Below, piece after piece: positions 39,748 through 48,573 of a stretch of 55,694 bases of DNA (positions are counted from its first letter, which is position 1; every line of letters begins with the position of its first letter). This DNA is from Hydrurus foetidus (Eukaryota): NCBI GenBank assembly GCA_900617105.1, contig UYFQ01000005.1, positions 558,001-613,694 on the forward strand. Reading direction: 5' to 3'. The notes under the pieces are model-generated. The model was given only the letters and a program-made list of their open reading frames with translations, ran no database searches and was not told the origin of the DNA. The position numbers and the translations under genes were made by a program.

Positions 39748-39881
39748 TCATGGAAGCCCCATAGAGCTTGATTAACAAGGCTTCGCGCTATGTCATTGAA
39801 GCACCTCATGGAAGCCCCTAAAAATCTCATGGAAGCCTCATAGGGCTTGATTAACAAGGCTTCGCGCTATGTCGTTGAAGC
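39748..39881 (+). repeat. Two 55-bp direct repeats plus TCATGGAAGCC iteron-like motifs (putative oriV)
   Basis: 39748-39802 and 39827-39881 differ at 3 positions; tcatggaagcc at 39748, 39806 and 39827. Confidence 0.8.
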
Positions 39882-40035
39882 CCTCTTCGTATGTTTGATA
39901 AAGAATGTTTGACATTCTGCACCTTGTATCAATAATTCTTCTACTCAATACATACCATTCAGTAAATATATATTAGACATTACTAACCTAGAATTAAAAA
40001 TAATTTCCCAGCGCGAAAATTTACACATACAAATT

Positions 40036-40063
40036 AAAAGCCACTCAATGAGTGGCTTTTTTT
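40036..40063. terminator. Bidirectional intrinsic terminator
   Basis: aaaagccactc-aat-gagtggctttt plus T-tract. Confidence 0.8.
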
Positions 40064-40106
40064 ATTTCGGAAGGACACGGCGAGCGGCCCCCTTTTCACT
40101 ACGTGA

Positions 40107-40490
40107 TTAACTATTAGAAAAATTACTCCATTGGTCATCGAGAATTTTTTCTTCCTTCTGATCTGAACTGCAATTTAATTCAACCAGATCAATCATAGTT
40201 GCTTCAATTTCTTTTCCATGTGAGTTAGAAAGCTGAATTAATTTTTCATACACTTCTTCGCCAAGAACTTTTTTTAATATTGTAAGTTTTTGCTTTTTTT
40301 CTTTTTCAATAAAAATATCAACTGCATTTCTTACGACCAACGACATATTTAAACCATTTAGATCAACATGCTCTTTACTCAAATAATCAACCTGGTCAAC
40401 TCTTAAAAATACAGAAATCTTTATGTGCTCTTTTTCAAATTTGCTTTTGTTTTTCTCTTTAATGCTTTTTTCTTGTTCCAAATTTTCCAT
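40107..40490 (-). CDS. Ribbon-helix-helix DNA-binding protein (possibly tandem RHH)
   Basis: RBS GGAGAA before the ATG at 40490; KISVFL-RVDQVDYL-NMSLVVRNAVDIFI pattern. Confidence 0.6.
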   Translation of the reverse strand: MENLEQEKSIKEKNKSKFEKEHIKISVFLRVDQVDYLSKEHVDLNGLNMSLVVRNAVDIFIEKEKKQKLTILKKVLGEEVYEKLIQLSNSHGKEIEATMIDLVELNCSSDQKEEKILDDQWSNFSNS

Positions 40491-40562
40491 AAATTCTCCT
40501 TGAATGTAATTTAATAATAACAACTCAAAAAGAAAGAACAAGATTAAAAGGCTATCGACCTC

Positions 40563-40752
40563 GGATTAAAGAAGACAGGAACCTTTTGTCTTCGACACCT
40601 TCCAAAATATCTAAAAAATAAATCGGCTTAAAGAAGATAGAAAATATTATTTAATCAGACAACACAAAAAGCAATAGGATTAAATCAGACACGAGCCTTT
40701 TGTCTTCGACACTATTTAAAAAAATCTAAAAAATCAGTCGGATTGAAGAATA
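40563..40752 (+). repeat. Imperfect ~76-bp direct repeat pair in the RHH/mobC intergenic region
   Basis: Exact ccttttgtcttcgacac at 40582 and 40696 (114-bp period), each followed by atctaaaaaat and tcggNttRaagaa. Confidence 0.75.
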
Positions 40753-40877
40753 TTAATTCCTTGTTTTTTGTCTTCTTAAATCAGCTATCGACTTTTTTAA
40801 AGACTATTTACAATCACAAATAAAACCCTATGATTAAAACAAGAAGAAAAATTAGTTTCAAGCAAGGCTACTAGCTG

Positions 40878-40942
40878 ATACGGGCTAAAATAATTTTCAA
40901 TTATTTTCCCCTTTCAGTTAGACTTTTCTGGGGTTCCCCCAG
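40878..40942 (+). other. Candidate oriT
   Basis: ATACGGGCTAA resembles the ColE1-type nic context ATACTGG/CTTAA; adjacent IRs aaaataatt-ttc-aattatttt and ctgggg-ttc-ccccag; lies upstream of mobC. Confidence 0.4.
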
Positions 40943-40996
40943 TCCCCTTTTAAGAAATTAATTCACTTTGAATAAAAATAAAAACAAAGGTGCATT

Positions 40997-41437
40997 ATGG
41001 AAGGCGAAAATAAAAAAATATGTAAGCCAAAAATCAAGTCAGGAAGAACTAACGATGACCACACTTATAAAAGAACATACAGTCTTGACATTAAATTAAG
41101 TCCATACGAAAAGGAATTAATTGAAAATAAGTATGATCAAGCTGGTTTCAATTCAATGTCTTCTTACGTCAGACATTGTATTTTTGACGGAACAGAAGAA
41201 AGAATTGATAATTTTTTAAGTGAAAGATTTAATTTCAAAATCTTACAGCAACCCTTTTTGACCGAATTAAATCGAATCGGAAGCAATGCCAACCAGTTAA
41301 CCAGAAAAGTAAATTCAAATAAATTTATCACAAAAGAAGATAAGAATTTCATAAATAATCAACTTGATTTATTCATTGGCGATATGAAAGCGATTAAAGA
41401 TTTGATCGAATCACAAACTGAAAGTCATAAAAAATAA
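40997..41437 (+). CDS. mobC: Mobilization accessory protein MobC (MbeC-like)
   Basis: RHH segment IKLSPYEKELIE...MSSYVRHC and signature ELNRIGSNANQLTRKVN. Confidence 0.85.
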   Translation: MEGENKKICKPKIKSGRTNDDHTYKRTYSLDIKLSPYEKELIENKYDQAGFNSMSSYVRHCIFDGTEERIDNFLSERFNFKILQQPFLTELNRIGSNANQLTRKVNSNKFITKEDKNFINNQLDLFIGDMKAIKDLIESQTESHKK

Positions 41438-41447
41438 AGGTGTTTTT

Positions 41448-42791
41448 ATGGCTGTAATGAGTTTCAACCCAAAATCTAAATCAATAATGAGTGCCGTGAA
41501 TTATTTTGAATCTGATATTGATCACGAAAACAAAATTAGAAAATTTAAACCTATCCCAGTTTTTGGTGATAGAGATCGCATTGAGAAAATCGAAAAGTTA
41601 GCCAAAGAATCTGGAATTGAAAACACACACACTTCTTTAACAATTTCTTTTCGTGATAATGAATTTTCACAATTCAAAAATCCAGACGGATCATTTGATC
41701 AAGAAAAAATGATTCCAGTAATGAAAGAAATTATTAAAGATTTTCGTGAAACTTGGTTCCCAGGAATGAAGAACGATGAAAATTTTTGTGACTTCTGGAA
41801 CATTCACACCGACAAAGGAAACATTGAATTAAATTGTGCCTTCTTAAAAATGGAATTAACTACAGGAAAAGCTTTTAATCCTTTTCCACCTGGTCAATTA
41901 AATATTGACATGAGGGATTGTTATGTTGATTTACTCAATGATAAATTCGGCTTCGATAGAAAAATCAGCAATCCTTTTTCAATTTTTCATAATGATATGG
42001 AATTGAAGGACATACAGAATCCAAGTGAAACAGCCAAAAGATTTAAAGAAGTCGTCAAACCGAAAAAATATGAAATCCAAAAATACTTAACAAGTCAAAT
42101 TCTTGATAATAAAATTAATTCAAGAGAAGAATTGATTAAAACTTTACAAAAACATGGTGAAGTTAAATTTCTGGATAAGGAAGAAGATAAAACTAAATAT
42201 AACTATATTTCATTTATTCCAGAGGGTTCAGAAAAAGCTATCCGTCTTGATGGTCCAATGTTTAAAAAAAATGCTGACTTTAATGAATTAAGAATCGAGC
42301 ATAAAACCAATCAGGATATGGAAAAAGATGACTCTTTAAAGCAACTTTCAGATAAAGAAAGAACTTCAAAACAAGATAAGTTAAACAAGCATAAAGAAAT
42401 TCAGAAGGGTTTTAATGAAAAATTAAAAAACTCTGGTGTTAAGAATGTTAAAAAAAATGCTGGTAGAAAATATTTACCCAAAAGTAAACAGTCTAAAAAG
42501 TTGAGTAATAATAAAAATATTTCTAGTGTTAAAAATCAACCTCAAAAGCAATCAGTTCAAAAAAGTGAAACTGCTCTTACAGTTGAAGATAAACAGCTAC
42601 AAGATCCGAATGTGTCAGGCTCAATTAAAGACGCCATGATTGCAGGCAAAACAGCTGAAACTGAAGCAAATAAAAATAAAATAACACAAGAAAAAAAGGA
42701 TCAGAAGATTGCAAAAAAACCTAGTGAGCCAATAATAATTAAATCAGATAGTAAAGATAAAGAATCTAAAAATACAGGTTCTAAACCTTAA
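41448..42791 (+). CDS. Relaxase, ColE1 MbeA-like HEN subfamily (MOBP5); probably truncated by a premature stop
   Basis: Motif I AVNYF (catalytic Tyr), motif II HTSLTISF, motif III IHTDKGNIELN..MELTTGK. Confidence 0.85.
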   Translation: MAVMSFNPKSKSIMSAVNYFESDIDHENKIRKFKPIPVFGDRDRIEKIEKLAKESGIENTHTSLTISFRDNEFSQFKNPDGSFDQEKMIPVMKEIIKDFRETWFPGMKNDENFCDFWNIHTDKGNIELNCAFLKMELTTGKAFNPFPPGQLNIDMRDCYVDLLNDKFGFDRKISNPFSIFHNDMELKDIQNPSETAKRFKEVVKPKKYEIQKYLTSQILDNKINSREELIKTLQKHGEVKFLDKEEDKTKYNYISFIPEGSEKAIRLDGPMFKKNADFNELRIEHKTNQDMEKDDSLKQLSDKERTSKQDKLNKHKEIQKGFNEKLKNSGVKNVKKNAGRKYLPKSKQSKKLSNNKNISSVKNQPQKQSVQKSETALTVEDKQLQDPNVSGSIKDAMIAGKTAETEANKNKITQEKKDQKIAKKPSEPIIIKSDSKDKESKNTGSKP

Positions 42792-43082
42792 ATATCTGCT
42801 TTTAGTCAAGTCGCTACAAGTTCAAGTGCTCTATTGTTGACGGTTCAAATTAATCAAGTTTTATTTTCAAAATTAAATTTAGAATTACAGATCGGAAGTT
42901 TAAGCATATTTAAAGAATCCGATATTAAGAAAATTTTTGAACTCAAACAAAAAATTGCTGAACTAGAACAACAAATTTCAGTTTTAAAAGCCAAACAAGA
43001 ACAAGCAATTGAAGCAGAACTGATCAATCAAAATGCTAACAGGTTTAAAAATAGCAATAGTTCAATGAAATTTAGAATTTAA
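42792..43082 (+). pseudogene. In-frame C-terminal continuation of the relaxase (coiled-coil tail)
   Basis: Same frame as 41448 and open from 42792 to 43082 after a single TAA; no obvious RBS/ATG of its own. Confidence 0.6.
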
Positions 43083-43374
43083 TTCCTACTTCATTTATGC
43101 GTTGCAAAAATAAAGCAGGCCTGCTTAAAAACACCCCATAGGAATGGTTTAAACAGCTTTTGAGCCGTTTTTCACGTAGTGGCGTAGGTCTGGACCAGCT
43201 CGCCTGGGTCCTTCTACTCGTGAGGTTCCTGGGAACCGGCGCCAGCCAAAGGGATCAGCACAGTGATCAATTCACCAATTAAAGAACCAATAAAAAAGAG
43301 CCAATAAAATTGACTCTATATAGATCAATAACTTAGATCACTTTTGGTTGTAAATTAACAACGCATGACGTTTC

Positions 43375-43437
43375 CTAAGACCAGAAGCAGCCGCCACCCA
43401 GGGTGATGGTTTCGGTGGCAGGGTTCAAATTTTCCAT
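43375..43437 (-). pseudogene. msrA: 5' remnant of methionine sulfoxide reductase A
   Basis: MENLNPATETITLGGGCFWS* contains the MsrA GCFW active-site motif. Confidence 0.7.
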
Positions 43438-43510
43438 CTTGGGCTTTCAAAAAGAGTTGATGTATGTTGGCAGGTGTCGGTACACAGCCGTCGCCCCCAA
43501 GGGGCTTTTC

Positions 43511-44404
43511 TTACACCTCAGCCGCTTTCACGGCCCCTAAAAACGATACCAGTGGCGCATTGTCGCGCTTGGTTTTCCACAGGCAGTAGGTGTCGTAAGG
43601 TGCAGCCGGGGTGTCGGCGGTCGCGGTCAAAGGGATGAAAACGGTGTTGGCAAGACCAGATTCGCGCAGCGCCTCGGGCACCAATGCCACGCCTAAACCT
43701 TGCGACACCAGGGATACGACACTGAGCCAGTGCCGAAGTTCATAGCGCAAGTCAGGGTGAAAGCCTGCCGCCGTACACAGCGCCACGATGCGCTCGTGGT
43801 AGTCGGGCGAGACGGCCCGGGCCACGGTGGCAAAGGGGTAGCCTTCCAACTCGCGCAAGGCCAGCGTGGGGCGGCTCGCCAAGGGGTGGGTGGCGGGCAA
43901 GCAGCCGACGAAAGGCTGGCGGGCCACCAGGATACGAGACAGCTCGGGGGGCACCTGGGTGGTGTGGACGAAGCCCACGTCCAGCCTTTCGTGCGACAGC
44001 TCGATCAACTGGTCTTGCGAACTGAGTTCGCGCAGCAGTACCCGCAGCTCAGGGTGTTGCGCCTGAAACTGGCGCAACATTTGCGGCAAGCCCCGGTACA
44101 GCATGGCACCGACAAAACCAATCTGCAAGCGCCCTACCAGCCCCCGCTCCACGTCACGGGCATGGCGGGCAGCTTCTTGGGCTTGTTCCAGCAGTGCACG
44201 GGCTTTGGGCACGAAGGCGGTACCGGCGGCGGTCAAACGCACCTCGCGGCTGCTGCGGGTGAACAACCGGGCCCCTACCGAGGCTTCCAGCTGCTGGATG
44301 TTGAGGCTGAGCGGGGGCTGCGACATCGACAAGCGCTCGGCCGCACGGCCAAAGTGCAGCTCTTCGGCCAGAGCAAGAAAGTAGCGGAGGTGGCGGAATT
44401 CCAT
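43511..44404 (-). CDS. LysR-family regulator
   Basis: MEFRHLRYFLALAEELHFGRAAERLSMSQPPLS. Confidence 0.95.
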   Translation of the reverse strand: MEFRHLRYFLALAEELHFGRAAERLSMSQPPLSLNIQQLEASVGARLFTRSSREVRLTAAGTAFVPKARALLEQAQEAARHARDVERGLVGRLQIGFVGAMLYRGLPQMLRQFQAQHPELRVLLRELSSQDQLIELSHERLDVGFVHTTQVPPELSRILVARQPFVGCLPATHPLASRPTLALRELEGYPFATVARAVSPDYHERIVALCTAAGFHPDLRYELRHWLSVVSLVSQGLGVALVPEALRESGLANTVFIPLTATADTPAAPYDTYCLWKTKRDNAPLVSFLGAVKAAEV

Positions 44405-44513
44405 GGGTTACTTGAGGTTTATGAATATGAAAATTATATGGATAAAGACATATTTGCTATTGGACAACTATGGATAGCCGCCCAATAATCCGCCCACAGG
44501 AGACACACCGGCC

Positions 44514-46250
44514 ATGACTTCCAGCACCCTCAGCGCACCACGCACCGCACCCACAGCCCCCGCTGTACCCGATCAGCACGGTGCCAACCTCTACACCAGC
44601 GACTCTGGCCTGCAAGCGCTGCTGTCAGTCTACTTATCCCCCGATGTGCTGGCCCACCTCACGCCGCTACTCCAACGGCTAGGTGCGTTGGCCGGGGGGC
44701 GGCTGGACGGCTTGGCCCACACTGCAGACACCAACCCACCAGAACTGGCCCACCGTACCCGCTCGGGCCAGGACGTGCAGCACATCATCAAGCACCCGGC
44801 CTATGTGGAGATGGAACGGCTGGCGTTCGGTGACTTCGCGCTGGCCGCGATGTCGCACCGCAGCGACGTGCTGGGCTGGCCCGGCCAGCTGCCCAACACG
44901 GTGAAATACGCGCTGACTTACCTGTTTGTGCAAGCCGAGTTTGGGCTGTGCTGCCCGGTGTCCATGACCGATTCGCTGACCCGCACGTTGAAAAAGTTTG
45001 GCTCAGCCGAACTGGTTGAGCGCTATCTGCCTGCCTTGACCAGCCTGAACCTGGACGAACTGGCGCAAGGGGCGATGTTCATGACCGAGCAAGCGGCAGG
45101 GTCTGACATATCTGCTACTGAAACTATAGCTACACCTGCACATGACATAAAGGGTTCGTGGCTTTTGACAGGCGATAAATGGTTTTGCTCCAACCCCGAT
45201 GCCGCGCTGGCGATGGTGTTGGCGCATGTGGACGGTGGCCCGGCGGGCATGAAAGGCGTGTCGCTGTTCCTGTTGCCGCGCACCTTACCGGATGGCACGG
45301 CCAACAGCTACCGCATCGTCCGGCTCAAGGATAAGCTGGGCACGCGCTCAATGGCAAGTGGCGAGATTCGGCTGGAGGGCGCACGGGCGTGGCTGGTGGG
45401 CGAACAAGGGCGTGGCTTTGTGCAAATGGCCGACATGGTGAACAACTCGCGCCTCTCGAACGGCGTGCGGGCAGCAGGGCTGATGCGCCGTGCTGTCAGC
45501 GAGGCGTTTTTCATAGCCCGCCACCGTGTCGCCTTTGGCAAAACGCTGGTGGAAATGCCGCTGATGCGCCGACAGTTGCTCAAACTGCTGCTTCCCAGCG
45601 AACAGGCCCGCACGATGGTGTTTCAGACTGCACAAGCGCTGCGCTTGGCCGATGGCGGGGATGCCGAAGCTGCGCCACTGGCCCGCATCCTCACCCCGCT
45701 CATCAAATTCCGCGCTTGCCGGGATGCCCGCAAGGTGACGGGCGACGCGATGGAAGTGCGTGGCGGCTGCGGCTATATCGAAGAATGGAGCGACCCGCGC
45801 TTGGTGCGGGACGCGCATTTAGGCTCCATCTGGGAAGGCACCAGCAACATCGTGGCGCTGGACGTGGTCCGTGCCATCCGGCGTGAAAACGCCCTCACCG
45901 CCTTGCAGGCCCATTGGCAGCATTTGCTGGAAGCATCCACAAGCACAGTGGATGCGCCACTGCGCAGCAGCTTGCAGCAGCTGATGGCGCAAACCGCTGC
46001 GCTAGCGAACACGGCGGTGGCCGATGGCGGCGAAGTGCTGGCACGGCGTGCGGCCTCGGCGCTCTACCACCTCACCAGCGCCATAGCGATGGTGTGGGAA
46101 GCCGCCCAAATGGCGGCACCCGCAGCACACCAGCATCGGGCTCAGCGCCTGCAACTGGCCCGCTGGGTGGTGCAGCACCGCTTGCTGCCGCAAGACCCGC
46201 TGAGCGCTGCGCTGCCCGACGACGACGCCGCTGCGGCATTGTTTTTCTGA
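44514..46250 (+). CDS. Acyl-CoA dehydrogenase family protein (AidB-like)
   Basis: CPVSMT, MFMTEQAAGSD, GDKWFCS, LKDKLGTRSMASGE, IWEGTSN. Confidence 0.9.
   Translation: MTSSTLSAPRTAPTAPAVPDQHGANLYTSDSGLQALLSVYLSPDVLAHLTPLLQRLGALAGGRLDGLAHTADTNPPELAHRTRSGQDVQHIIKHPAYVEMERLAFGDFALAAMSHRSDVLGWPGQLPNTVKYALTYLFVQAEFGLCCPVSMTDSLTRTLKKFGSAELVERYLPALTSLNLDELAQGAMFMTEQAAGSDISATETIATPAHDIKGSWLLTGDKWFCSNPDAALAMVLAHVDGGPAGMKGVSLFLLPRTLPDGTANSYRIVRLKDKLGTRSMASGEIRLEGARAWLVGEQGRGFVQMADMVNNSRLSNGVRAAGLMRRAVSEAFFIARHRVAFGKTLVEMPLMRRQLLKLLLPSEQARTMVFQTAQALRLADGGDAEAAPLARILTPLIKFRACRDARKVTGDAMEVRGGCGYIEEWSDPRLVRDAHLGSIWEGTSNIVALDVVRAIRRENALTALQAHWQHLLEASTSTVDAPLRSSLQQLMAQTAALANTAVADGGEVLARRAASALYHLTSAIAMVWEAAQMAAPAAHQHRAQRLQLARWVVQHRLLPQDPLSAALPDDDAAAALFF
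45113..45165 (+). repeat. Intragenic copy of the GCTAY-N7-RTAGC repeat
   Basis: TGCTACTGAAACTATAGC..GCA..ATAA..GGC aligns with the reverse complement of 1390-1449. Confidence 0.55.
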
Positions 46251-46278
46251 CCCCCACCTAGAACGCAAGGAGACAGCC

Positions 46279-47322
46279 ATGAGCCCCCAGAACATCACCG
46301 GCCACCTCACCGGCCACATAACGCACAGCATCGACCGCAGAACCAGCCTCATCACCCTCGCGGGCCTTGCCGCTGGTGTCGCTGGCATGACGGCAACAGA
46401 CCCAGCCAAAGCTCAGACCAGCTTTCCGCAAAAACCCGTCGTCCTGGTCGTGCCATTTCCGCCCGGTGGCCCCACCGATGCGATGGCGCGTACTTTGGCG
46501 AACGCGATGAAACCCCTCTTGAGCCAGCCTATGGTGGTGGACAACAAGGCTGGAGCCGGTGGCAACATCGGTGCGGAATACGTGGCCCGGGCCGAAGCCG
46601 ATGGGCACACCCTCTTGTTTGGAACCTCGGGACCGCTGGCAATCAACGTCAGCCTGTACAACAAAATGGCGTATGACCCCGTAAAGAGCTTTACGCCGGT
46701 CATCCAGATCGGCCATTTGCCCAACGTGCTGGTGGTACACCCGAGCATCCCTGCCAAAAACGTCAAGGAATTCATAGCCTATGCCAAGTCCAACCCTGGC
46801 AAGCTCAGCTACGCCTCATCAGGCAACGGTGCATCGTCGCACCTGGCGGGCGTGCTGTTCAACCTGCGCACGGGCACGGACATCCAGCACATCCCCTACA
46901 AAGGCACCGGCCCCGCGCTCAATGACCTGTTGGGCGGCCAAGTGGCGATGGCGTTCACCGATGTGCTGACGGCAGCACCCCACATCAAAGCTGGAAAACT
47001 GCGCGTGCTGGGCCTCACATCAGCCACACCGTCTGCAGCTTTGCCCGGCGTTCCCACGCTCATGGCACAGGGCGTGAAAGACTTTGACGTGAGCGTGTTC
47101 TTTGGCATCGTCGCGCCTTCGGGTACGCCACAAGAGACGGTGACGCGCCTGAACGCTGCCTTTGTGCAGGTGCTGCAACAGCCCGAGGTGAAGGCCAATC
47201 TGGCCGCCCAAGGGCTGGAGCGCAGCGCCAAAACCACACCTGCCGATCTGGCGGTCTCCATCCGCAGCGAGGTCGCCAAGTGGCGCGACGTGGTGGCCGC
47301 GTCTGGGGCCAAGGTAGATTGA
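46279..47322 (+). CDS. Bug/TctC tripartite tricarboxylate transporter substrate-binding protein
   Basis: VPFPPGGPTD, DNKAGAGGNIG, ADGHTLL, HIPYKGTGPA. Confidence 0.92.
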   Translation: MSPQNITGHLTGHITHSIDRRTSLITLAGLAAGVAGMTATDPAKAQTSFPQKPVVLVVPFPPGGPTDAMARTLANAMKPLLSQPMVVDNKAGAGGNIGAEYVARAEADGHTLLFGTSGPLAINVSLYNKMAYDPVKSFTPVIQIGHLPNVLVVHPSIPAKNVKEFIAYAKSNPGKLSYASSGNGASSHLAGVLFNLRTGTDIQHIPYKGTGPALNDLLGGQVAMAFTDVLTAAPHIKAGKLRVLGLTSATPSAALPGVPTLMAQGVKDFDVSVFFGIVAPSGTPQETVTRLNAAFVQVLQQPEVKANLAAQGLERSAKTTPADLAVSIRSEVAKWRDVVAASGAKVD

Positions 47323-47335
47323 ACGACATTGAACG

Positions 47336-48484
47336 ATGACCCCCATGAACACAAACACCCCCTCAACGCCACCAGCCCAAGCACCTGAAGCCGCGCAAGG
47401 TGCCCTCGCAGGCATCCGCGTGATCGACCTTTCCCGCATCCTGGGTGGCCCCTACTGCGGCCAAATTTTGGGCGACCACGGTGCCGATGTGCTGAAGGTC
47501 GAGCCGCCACAAGGTGACGACACCCGCACCTGGGGGCCGCCCTTCAACAAAGACGGCGTAGCCTCGTACTACCACGGGCTGAACCGCAACAAACTGGGGA
47601 TGCGGCTGGATTTGGCCGATGCCGCTGGCCGCGAGGTGCTGATGGGCCTGCTGGCAGGCGCTGACGTGCTGATCGAAAATTTCAAAACCGGCACGATGGA
47701 ACGCTGGGGATTGGGCTACGACACGCTCGCACAACGCTTCCCACGGCTGGTGCATTGCCGCGTCAGTGGCTTCGGTGCCGATGGCCCGCTGGGTGGTCTG
47801 GCCGGGTACGACGCTGCCGTGCAGGCCATGACCGGCCTGATGAGCGTGAACGGTGAAGTCGGTGGCGATGCCCTGCGCGTGGGTTTGCCCATTGTGGACA
47901 TGGTGACAGGCCTGAACGCCGCACTGGGTGTGCTACTGGCGCTACAAGAACGAGAGCGCAGCGGACGTGGCCAGTTCATCGAGTCCAGCCTCTACGACAA
48001 CGGCCTTTCGCTGCTGCACCCGCACGCGGCCAATTGGTTCATGAGCGGCAAGACCCCTGGGCGCACCGGTAACGCCCACCCCAACATTTACCCCTACGAT
48101 GCGTTCAACACCTGCACCGTGCCCGTGTTTTTGGCTGTGGGCAATGACCGGCAGTTTCGCCAGATGTGCGATCTCTTGAAGGCAGACCATCTCAGCAACG
48201 AGGCCTGCTACGCCACGGCAGGCGGGCGCTCGCTCAACCGGGTAGAGCTGCGCGCCCAGCTGGAAGCCCTGTTCAGCCCGCTGGACGGCAACACCTTGGC
48301 GCAAGACCTGATGAACGTGGGCGTGCCCTGTGCGCCCGTGCTCTCTGTGGCAGACGCTTTGCAGCACCCCCATACCACCCACCGTGAGATGGTGGTCAAG
48401 ATAGGTGACAGCTACACCGGTGTCGGCTCACCCATCAAACTCAGCCGCACACCAGCCAGCTACCGCCACGCGCCGCCGGCCTAA
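47336..48484 (+). CDS. CaiB/BaiF family III CoA-transferase
   Basis: [33 protein letters not shown] catalytic Asp. Confidence 0.92.
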   Translation: MTPMNTNTPSTPPAQAPEAAQGALAGIRVIDLSRILGGPYCGQILGDHGADVLKVEPPQGDDTRTWGPPFNKDGVASYYHGLNRNKLGMRLDLADAAGREVLMGLLAGADVLIENFKTGTMERWGLGYDTLAQRFPRLVHCRVSGFGADGPLGGLAGYDAAVQAMTGLMSVNGEVGGDALRVGLPIVDMVTGLNAALGVLLALQERERSGRGQFIESSLYDNGLSLLHPHAANWFMSGKTPGRTGNAHPNIYPYDAFNTCTVPVFLAVGNDRQFRQMCDLLKADHLSNEACYATAGGRSLNRVELRAQLEALFSPLDGNTLAQDLMNVGVPCAPVLSVADALQHPHTTHREMVVKIGDSYTGVGSPIKLSRTPASYRHAPPA

Positions 48485-48573
48485 ACCTGAGTGACAGCGC
48501 CCGCAGTTTCCCCCGTAAACTTGACACCAACATCCTTTTTCACTTCACCTTTCACCCCCCAGGAGACCCCGCA

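Larger units (their letters stand above)
38925..43100. mobile_element. Integrated AT-rich cryptic mobilizable plasmid (rep-like gene, ori repeats, RHH, mobC, relaxase)
   Basis: Abrupt GC drop (sampled 60-nt lines 20-27% GC against a GC-rich background) and a small-plasmid gene set. Confidence 0.85.

Noticed and set aside
39748..39881. 55-bp direct repeats as a CRISPR array
   Set aside because: Only two units, the spacer itself contains the repeat motif, and no cas genes are present; an origin or iteron explanation fits better
43078..43105. Possible dif/Xer site (ttatgcg) at the plasmid's right end
   Set aside because: Only the XerC-like half matches; there is no convincing XerD arm at the right spacing
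43097..43366. 8-bp inverted repeat ATGCGTTG/CAACGCAT as MITE ends
   Set aside because: Too short to exceed chance over 270 bp, and no target duplication
46294..46329. ITGH-LTGH-ITHS micro-duplication in the Bug N-terminus
   Set aside because: Short slippage repeat in a variable signal-peptide region with no evident function
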